DNA of 62,517 nt, counting the filler, from Sluysia triapertura (taxonomy: Eukaryota): assembly GCA_046118255.1 (NCBI GenBank). It is 5 parts of 5 records of this genome, joined end to end, with 100 filler letters (N's around TTAATTAATTAA, not from the genome) between each part and the next. Parts side by side here need not be neighbours in the genome. Positions count along the whole stretch, not along the records: positions 50,907 to 62,517 come from JBJNIA010182812.1; 4 more parts are not named here. One strand, 5' to 3'. Below, in pieces: positions 53,018 to 62,517 of this stretch. Under the pieces are notes generated by a model, which saw only the letters and a list, made by a program, of their open reading frames with translations, did no database searches and was not told the DNA's origin. The position numbers and the translations under genes are program-made. Position 1 is the first letter of the stretch, and each line of letters opens with the position of its first letter.

Positions 53018-55754
53018 CTAAAATAATTGATATGAATATAAATTTTGTTATACATCAAATATTTTTATTTATTGATTTGTCTTTATAATGAATATGAAAA
53101 TTTGGCTATAGGTCTCAGTTCTTTTGAATTGTCTTTAAACAAAGTTACCAGGTTGATGTTCTAAGTTTATTTGGTTCGAAAATATATTTAAAAAATATAT
53201 TAAAAAATATATTTAAAGGCATTACCTGATATTTGTATTAATTGTATTAATATCACTTATTAGTCTTTTTAACAGTTTTATGTGTGTGTTTTGACTTCCA
53301 AAGTGCCGCGCATTATTTTTTGCGTCGATTAAAATTCTGATTAATCATAGTTCTGATTGTAACATTTACTCCTGACAAATAAAATATCCTTTGCATCTAT
53401 GACTTCTACTTCAGTTTGGTTTTTATGAAACATTTAATTATTAGTTCAAACAGTAGGTGGAAATAGCATAATTTTTTAAAGTTATCGTCAAGAAAAGGAA
53501 TATTTAAACAAAATAAACATGGATAAAGTCTTATAATAAAATTTATTAATAATAATAATAATAAAAATCGATAATAATTGTATTTTTTAATGATCAATTT
53601 AAATTAATAATTGATTAATTAATCCAAAGATTTTATTGTAGGTAATTTGTCTGTGGCGATGTGAAAATGAATAAATGAATATGAATTAGACGTTCTTTTA
53701 GAGTCATTTTTTTAAATGTAATTGTGTTTAAAGTTTTGAATCGCCACAGTTAAATTACCTTAAATATCAAGGTAATATTATTATTTTTATTCAATATTTA
53801 TAAACTTATAAAATATCGCAAAAAATGGGATGTATTTATTTAAATGTATAAGGAAAATCTTATAAATGATCGATATAGTGAATTAATATTGTGCTTTATA
53901 AAACATAAAATATACTTATCGTAATTATAAATATTTTAATTTTATCAATAATCATTGACTATTTTTGAGGTGATTACATTAAGATTTCTTTCAAGAAGTA
54001 TTAAATTTTCTTATTTCACTTTTATATTAAGAAATGGGCATAGTTTTTATCTTAGCGCATAAAATTTATGATTCTATTTAATATAAACAGAATATTACGC
54101 TACAAAATATTAAAACTTTATTATTATTACGCTACTTTTTACATTAATAGCAAAATACTATTATGTCGTTAAAATTTTTATTAGAAAGATTACTCATTTA
54201 ATAGTAATCTTCATAAAAATTTTTATACTTTATATTTATATCACTTGTAAAAATATTATTCCCATTTTGTTAATAAACTTTCATGTAGTTAATTTTCTTT
54301 TAATTTCGAAGAAGATAGAATATAATTAATAGTAAGAATTAAATTCTATAACTTAGATTAACAAAGAATTTTTGGTTCTATTTAATTAAAGAACCGTAGT
54401 AAAATATTAATTTTTTGACGATTCCACTTAAAAGGAATAGAAGTAAAATCCTTTTTAATAGACTAATAACGGTTCTCTTTAATATAGAACCTACATAAAT
54501 TGAAATAATAAAGATAGTAATAAATTGAATAAACTGAATAAGATTGACACAAATAACTAGCAAATATACTCGAGAATTAAAATTTAAACATTTTGAGGTT
54601 TTATTTAATAAGAAACCTTAGTAAAATAATTTTTCTAGGTCTTATTTAAAAAGGGAACTAAGTAAGATTAATTTTCATTACAAAACGAGAAAAGACCTAA
54701 ACTAATAATATTGTTAACCTCCATTAAGTTTACGATTATTGTTGTTAAAGTCCTACGGACTAGCCGTAACTCCTAAGTCTAGGATCGCAGGTGGACTCAC
54801 ATAATATGGAGCATTTTATTGTAAACTTTACACTACACACATTCAACAACAAAAGTTTAACATTTTAAAGATTCATGATTATTTAAATAAGTGGATAATA
54901 TAGTCGAATTTACTTAATGTGTTTATATATTACGTAAAATTTATCATTTCTTCAAATTTAATTTATAAGTCAGATCTTGAATATCAATGTTTGATAAGGT
55001 TCTACATTATTGAACATAATTCTTAATATTCAATTTTACTTTAAAAGCAAATAAATAATGATCAGATGAAATATTACATTATATATTGATTGAATAAATG
55101 TAATATATTCCAATATTTGTGAGCCTAAATTTTAATACGTTCATTAAATTGGATATATTTAATAATTCGACAATTTTTTTTACTTGCAATACATTCTTCA
55201 TTTAATTTTATACTAAAACTCTTGTCATTAATACATCTTTATTTTTACATAATCATAAAATTCAACTAAAACTTCTTTAATTGGTCGTCTATATATAGTA
55301 CTCATAATAAATATTTATTTATATTGATAACATAAATTTCAAATGTTCGATTGAATGTCACCTGATTTATCACCTATTGGTTCATTAAGGATAACATGAA
55401 TACTATCACTTTTCGATCCTTCCTAATATTTAACAAAAAATATTGCTATTTTCAAAAATAATCTCAATAATTTCCGTAATTTTAATTTTAATCCGAATTT
55501 AATATAATTTAATTAAGGCTTTTTCAAGACGTTTTGTACAATTTTTGATTTAGAATCAGAATTGTTTGTACTTTTTACATTTTTCACATATAACAATTAG
55601 TTGTTTGATTATAATGATCGTTTTAACTTTTGACGTAACTTATGATTTTTACAATATTAACATAGATTTCGTAAAATAAAGTAATTAAAAACAAAATATT
55701 TCTGTAAATTAATAATTTAATTTTAAAAAATACAATTTAAATATAAATTGTTAC

Positions 55755-55950
55755 TTGTTCCGTAAACAGTAGTAATATTCTTTCAAAGAATTGATTTCCA
55801 TATAGTGATGTGACTGCCATATAAATGAAGAGACCATCAAGGATAGGAACAGGAATAAAAATGAGCAGGTTTGGAATAAGAAGCAATGAAAATGCTATTA
55901 GAATGTGAGAAAAAATGCTCGTAATTCGTGTTTCTCGAACTCGAACAATT
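55755..55950 (-). CDS. SLC4A11: SLC4A11-like transporter exon
   Basis: IVRVRETRITSIFSH..IPVPILDGLFIYMAVTSLYGNQFFERILLLFTEQ; splice phases consistent. Confidence 0.92.
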
Positions 55951-56141
55951 CTTAAAAAAAATTATTAAGTTTTATAAATAAAAATGTGCTAACATAAATT
56001 AATAATTAATTTAAATTATTTTATTAATAATAAAATATTTAAATATGTTTATTTGTAGAAGCAAATAATTTTATTATCGAAATAGTAATATTTTAATTTA
56101 TCTAATTTTAGTATATTAATTATTTTTATAATAAAACTAAC

Positions 56142-56318
56142 GTTTGATGTACATGATGTCCAGCATCTATTCTTTCCTCGATATCCGCCAGTGTGCGGAC
56201 ATGTAACGGAGAATGTGGAAGAGTACCGTGAATCCAAGGCAAACCAAACACTGACAATAAACCGTTAATAAGACCAACTACGAGCAAATCCCAATGATAG
56301 GCTGATCCTTTTTTTAGT
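56142..56318 (-). CDS. SLC4A11: SLC4A11-like transporter exon
   Basis: [44 protein letters not shown]. Confidence 0.92.
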
Positions 56319-58946
56319 CTGAAAATGAGTATCATCGTATTTCAGTGCAAAAATAAATATTGAAGCAAGTTTAATTTATAATTTATGATAGTAAAATAAA
56401 TTAAGGTCAAAAATAAATATATAATTATAAAAAACAACGTTTAATAATTTTTTTTCAGTGTTATATTTCTTATATTTTTTTGAAATAATTTACAATATTT
56501 TTTCTAATTATTTCTTATTACAAAAACAAATGTAGGATCACCAGAATATTACCTCTTTTTTCTGATTTTACATACATGTCGATTTATTTAAAAGAACTCG
56601 TTATTCTGAAATTAGGTTAATGTTTTCAATTCATTTATATGTCTCTTTTTATTTAGTTTGTAGACTTTTTGCCTTAATTAATTTCTGTTTTTTTTATTAT
56701 TGATACAATATATTTTTTTTCATATTATGAAATTTTTTTATTTGGTCTTTTGATTTTCCACCATTTTTTTGATGATATTTATTCTAAAATTCTAAAATAT
56801 TTAAACATTTATGTTTGGAAAATTTTTTGTCTTTATAAATTCAGAATAAAAGTAATACTTGTGATAAAACATTACATTAATTAAAAAATACTATTTAAAC
56901 AAAATTAAAATTAAGTTACATATTACATATTACGTTTTCAATATTCACTTATTAACGTTATACAATATTTTAGCATTTATAAGCAATAAATGAATTCTAA
57001 GAAGAAAACCGTTTCTTTTAATATTATTTGTAATATTTTAAATATTATTTTTAATAAGCCAGTTTTTGTACTTTTAAAGTCTAAATAATTCTATCATTTT
57101 ATAAATAATTTTATTATTTACTTTACTTGTCTAGCTTAGTTATGAAGAAAAATAATAATTATTTTTGAATGGTTTCATAAGCTCATAATTAATACACATT
57201 TAAGCATGTAAAATATTTCCTTTATCTTGTTTTTAATTTTGTTAACCTTCATATCAGTTTTTACAACTTATTTTCGAAATTAATATATAGCTTTCGAGAG
57301 AAAATTATATAACAAAACTACCATTATATTTAGTTTTTTTTTGAAATATATAAAATGATATTTTTAATGTAATGACTGAAACAAATTTCGATTAAATTTT
57401 TATTTTTAAATTATTTCTATTTGCATAATCTGTTTTATTAATTATTTTTTTGGAAATTTTCATTTGGAATTACTTTCAGATATGCATATATATTTAGAAA
57501 CATATATATACTTATTGATTAGTGTATATATTGATTAAAAGTTTTAAAATAACTTGCCAAAAGAACTCAAGCGTCATGTTCATCGTGGTTTAGCACATAA
57601 TCTTGTAGAAAGTTTAAATGATATCGAATCAAAATTTAATTAAAAAAATACAAAAAAGATGTTATGAAATTTAAAGAAAAAACTTTTCGTGATATAATTA
57701 TTGTTTCAATTAAGAAAGAAGCATTTAGATGGTAAGTATAACATATTAATTCGGATTATTAGATACTGGATTCTTAAGAGATTATTTGAAATTTTCAATT
57801 TGATAGGTACAGATATTTGTTCTCAAAAGCATCTTCACTATACTTATTTCTCTCACATACTATTTGCTAACGTCAAAAATTAGAACGCCATATCATTAGT
57901 ACGATTGGATAACATATGAAATTACAACACGCACACAATAATCAGTACCACATTCACTAAAATTCATGCCATTTTCAACTAACTTTTCATCAACGGTGCC
58001 AAATAGTGTCAATACACATTAATTCACTATTTTCTATGGAAAATATTAAAAGAAAAAAAATTTAAAATAAATTATAAAATAACTCTATGGAAATCTAAAA
58101 ATAGTCAACTATTTAAATTTGATAATGTTATTATTTATTATAATAACATAATTAAATTTGTATTTATTCAAGTACATATATAAAAGATACATTCATGAAT
58201 ATAATAGTTTTAAATGATATTTTATCTTAAATTTATCGTTTTTTTATTACGATTCTTAATTTTTCAGATAGCCCTTAAACATTTTAATATTTTGAATTAA
58301 ATATTTTTTATATTTGTTAAAATCATTCTGAGCAAAGAATAATTCCAAATGTAATAAAACAGCAATAATATAAAAATTATATTACTTTCGATACATTTAA
58401 TAAGTTTATAATCAATTTCTATTCAATGTTGTAGAATGTAAATTCCTTATCACTGAATTCACGTACTTTTCAAATTGTTTGCAAAGGAATTTGTAAATTT
58501 GTAAATACATGATTTTTTCTTTAAACATTAGAGATGATTTTCGATAGCCTTCGATTTGCCAAGGTCAAGTTCACATTTGCACTTTCGAAAGCATAGAACG
58601 TGTTGCCACTCTATAAAATATATCATACACATAATGATAATTCTGCAACAATATGTAGTGAACGAATACAAATGACTTTGAGGCCTTTCGAATAGTATAC
58701 AATAGTATTATAACAATGTGCATTTAAAGGTTAAAAATATATACTTACTTTTACAAGTTCACCAAATATTCCCATTAATATTGAAATATAGTAAATCTGA
58801 TGGTTTATTGTCTAAAGTAAATTCCAGATACAGAAAAATATGACTGAGTTAACTTTGTCTTTTAATTTATGTGGTATAATGTTTAATTTTATATTATTTG
58901 TTATATTTATTATTTATATTAATATTTTAAATGCATATAAACAAAC

Positions 58947-59115
58947 TTGTTAGCAGGAGAGTTAACCATAGCACTAGCTATATTTTGATCCATAAAAATG
59001 AGCAGAGAAAGTGGAAAAGAAAGTGCTACTGCGCCGAGCATTGCAGGCCAGGGAAGATGCCAACATTTAGTAACTTCAAACGTAATTGGATGTTCACTTA
59101 TTTTAAAATGTTCAA
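58947..59115 (-). CDS. SLC4A11: SLC4A11-like transporter exon (upstream exons not found in the window)
   Basis: LSFPLSLLIFMDQNIASAMVNSPANK; phase-2 donor joins the next exon as AA|A. Confidence 0.9.
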
Positions 59116-61647
59116 CTAAATTAAAGAAATAACACAATCATGAAATAATTAATTGCAACATCAGAGAAAAATTCTTTACTATTAATAAAATTGTTATCTT
59201 GAGGATTTACATATAATAACAATATTAAAAGGTTATGCAATAGAAATACTGTAGGCATAGCGAAGTTTATATTTTTCATTCAATTTTTAAATGATTATTG
59301 AGATTAATTCAACCCCAATAACATAATTATGATAAACAAAATTGTAAACAAACTTAATTAAATCTAACACAGTTATTAAAAATAACAAAAATTGCAAACA
59401 TTAATAATACAATTCAAAATTCAACAGATTTTCACAATTATAATAATAATGATAACACTAATTAAGTTACAAACAACCACAATATAAAATTTAATATTGT
59501 ATTTATTATAATTTAAAATGTTATTGTCATCGTATTATTGTCGACTTATTATTCCTTCTATCTCGTTATTATTACATTTTTATTGGGGTATTTAATTTTT
59601 TAAACAATTTCTGTTTATTTCGTTATTTTTAATAGGATCGACAAAACACAATGATAAAGTCATGTGATGAGCTAAATTTCTAATACAATATAATTAAAGT
59701 AACTACTTTTTATATTATTAAAATAAGTAAAATCTATTTAAATTGAAAATAAATTTAATGAATCTAATTTTATATTTGATTACTAACATTTGAAATTTTT
59801 ATTATCGCTTTTCAATGGAAAAATAATTTTCAATATTTTTGTTTAAATAAATAAAATTCGAATTAAAAGCAGTATAATATGAGCAAGAAAAGTAATTATA
59901 ACTATAAAAAATATATAATAATTTACATTTTTTCTGTTTTTATTGAAGAAATACTTAGTAAAATCTGAGGAATTTTTAAAATCATCATTTTTTAAAATAA
60001 TCACTTTGACATTTCGATAGAAAATTAACAATTTTCAAATTATTTAATTAATTAAATTTTTTAATCAAAACGAAGACACATTTAATTTTTGTTTTATTAT
60101 CTACTTAAAGTATAAGTAAAAAAACTTTATTTTCTTCTATAATATAAGCTATTAATTATAAAGTTTATATTATCATTGTCTTTTCTTTCTCTGCATCTTT
60201 AATGTATTATAATTATAACTACAAATATGTCAGAATTAATCTCTTATGATATTATTTTATTTACAAAATAAAATCCTTAATCCTAGATTGTCTTTGGTTA
60301 TTATTATTTTATTATTGATGATATTATAATAATTATGGTAATCAGTAATTTATGATTTTTAGTTTAACAGCACATAAATATTGTTGATAACAATAAATCT
60401 TAATTCAATATTGTGTTTGAAATGAACAATAATTATAATTCAATGGATAATAATCAAACCAATGATTCTTGGATAACACTAATGTTAATTAATGTCGTAC
60501 ATAAAATTTAATTAGGATTACATAAAATCTAAAAGTGACTGATAATGAAGTAACGGATACTGAAATTAGTGGCAACGTATGATTAAATCATTTTGATAAT
60601 ACTCTAAGAATGTATGATGAGTTTCAAATCATTGATCCAATTCAAGTAAATACTAATCAAAATCGGTTTATTGTGAATCAACATTATTTCCTCTTTTACC
60701 TTTATCACAATCACCGAAACCGTTAACATAGGATGAGCTCTTGCATTATAAAAAACTTATTCTAATTTTTACATGTATGAATAAGTAAATTCTTTTTGGA
60801 ATAAGATATTTTATTAAATATTCAAAAGTATTAAGAATTCAATTAACGAAGTAAAATCAAGAATTTCTTGACTAATTTTGTTATGAATTACAATAATGAA
60901 ATAACTAGATATATTAGAAAAAAAGTCAGACATGTAATGAATAATTCCAAAGTTTATTAATGTTTTATGACGATTAGAATCAACAAGATCTCAATATAAA
61001 TAAGTTGTATTAAGTTTTGTTAAATCATACATCGTGAACAATGAATTAAATGAATTAAAAATTCTTTCCAGAACATTGTTAGATTCATTTGCTGTTACCT
61101 CTGCTATAAAATTCACATTAACGTTAATTCTTTGTTTACTTTTGGGTCAATATGTAAACATTATTTCACTAGGCTTTAAATTTAATGAAATTTTATTTTA
61201 ATAAAATAAATAGTAATAAGACATCAAAATTAAAGATATGTAATTGCATGAGTAGCCTTAATTTATATAAAACCATAGGTGCAATATTCAATCCCTCAAA
61301 ATTACTTTCGAAATTTTACGAATAATGAGGAAACTTCAAGTATTTATTAAACATACATTTTTTAAAAGTTTAAAATGTCCTATATAACATCATAACGCAT
61401 AAGTTATCTGTATCAATTTTCTTAAAAATTGCTCATTATCTGTGAACTTTTCTAATAACTATTATTTGTATTAATTTAAGTGAATCCTCAGCCATTCAAT
61501 GCCACAGAAGTTTTCATATTGCTAAAGCGTAATGAGAAAGTTCCTATTATTCTATTTTTCAACAATTTATTAAAAGAAAATTAGTCGTAAAACACTTTTT
61601 CGAGACGGCAAACTCATTTAAAGTTTAAATGGTATTTATCTTGTTAA

Positions 61648-61878
61648 CCATTTGATTACCAATGGGACGATGGGTCCCACAGAAACTATGTTCTACATCA
61701 GTGGGTTAAAAGTAGCTTTAAACAGCCTAACAGATCTCCCAATGATTGTATAGTGTTTATTGAATGACGTTAAATCAGCTGGTCGGTTACATTTTTTCAA
61801 TTATGCCATGCCATAGGTTATTAGCCAATAAAGTTTATATTATAAAATTGGACCAAAAAAGGTTTGGTAGTGAAAGGG
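61648..61878. mobile_element. piggyBac-like MITE (231 bp) with TTAA target-site duplication
   Basis: TTAA-ccatttgattaccaa ... ttggtagtgaaaggg-TTAA; 12/15 terminal inverted match. Confidence 0.75.
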
Positions 61879-62517
61879 TTAAATGCACAAAATTATATCT
61901 ATTTAAATTGCATGATATCATTTTAGGAAATGCAATCAGTAATGATAGTTACTAGTTTATACGATTTGAGGATTTTCAAATAATTTACAATCTATTGAGA
62001 TATCAAGTTTCTTCAAATTTTTTTTTACAAGTATCACATACTTTTCTTTATGTTTTACTTATCTTTCTTACACTTTCTTTCGTTACTCTTATAAAGTATA
62101 CTTCCAAAGTTATTTAGTCTTATTCGCGACATTTTCCGTATGTTATATAATTGCGATAATTTATAATTCATTGACTTAAAATTATTATACTGCTTCAAGT
62201 GGAGAACAACTTTTATTCAAATGACCAATCCTTATTAATAAATGTATCTAAAACATTTATAACATAATTTTTATATCAAATAAATAGTATTCATACAACA
62301 TAACACAGTGATATTAATAATTATAATAATAGTGATAATAATCTTAACAATGTCATAGTGCAATATAATTAAAAATAAAAATAACTGAATAATATAATAA
62401 AAATATTATTAATTTTTTACTTTCAGTTTGATTATTTTAATGTACTCAATTTCAGATAGAAAAGTGAAAAAATTACAATTAATAATTAATCAAGCAGCAA
62501 GACTAATCCTCCAAGTT

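Noticed and set aside
61490-61555. IIGTFSLRFSNMKTS as an upstream SLC4A11 exon
   Set aside because: Wrong motif spacing and an in-frame stop follows.
676-61955. Many 60-120 aa I/L/K/N/F-rich ORFs (e.g. 676, 7800, 28432, 34972, 43993, 46330, 53406, 54378, 57701, 59843, 61764)
   Set aside because: Composition expected from random AT-rich DNA; no motifs or splice-supported structure.

Overview
Very AT-rich eukaryotic (animal-like) genomic DNA with GT-AG introns from 32 nt to about 2.7 kb. It is broken by four 100-nt N-spacers, each carrying an artificial TTAATTAATTAA linker. Three host genes lie on the minus strand: (1) a double-length tryptophanyl-tRNA synthetase (WARS1-like, about 737 aa as modelled), (2) an AK5-like adenylate kinase gene with a degenerate P-loop whose 3' exons were not found, and (3) four 3' exons of an SLC4A11-like transporter. 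The rest is decayed transposons: Tc1/mariner, pogo, hAT ends, a piggyBac-like MITE, Gypsy LTR/integrase pieces, an L2/CR1 LINE, a Penelope-like fragment, tRNA-derived SINEs, and two R2/NeSL-type RLE non-LTR retrotransposons, one with Ulp1-like protease domains. Standout: the TrpRS is a head-to-tail fusion of two TrpRS copies. The N-terminal copy has lost every catalytic motif but keeps a well-conserved anticodon-binding domain. The C-terminal copy keeps all catalytic motifs, but no anticodon-binding exon is visible. This suggests an asymmetric single-chain pseudo-dimer. All family calls come from motif recognition by eye; no database search was run.
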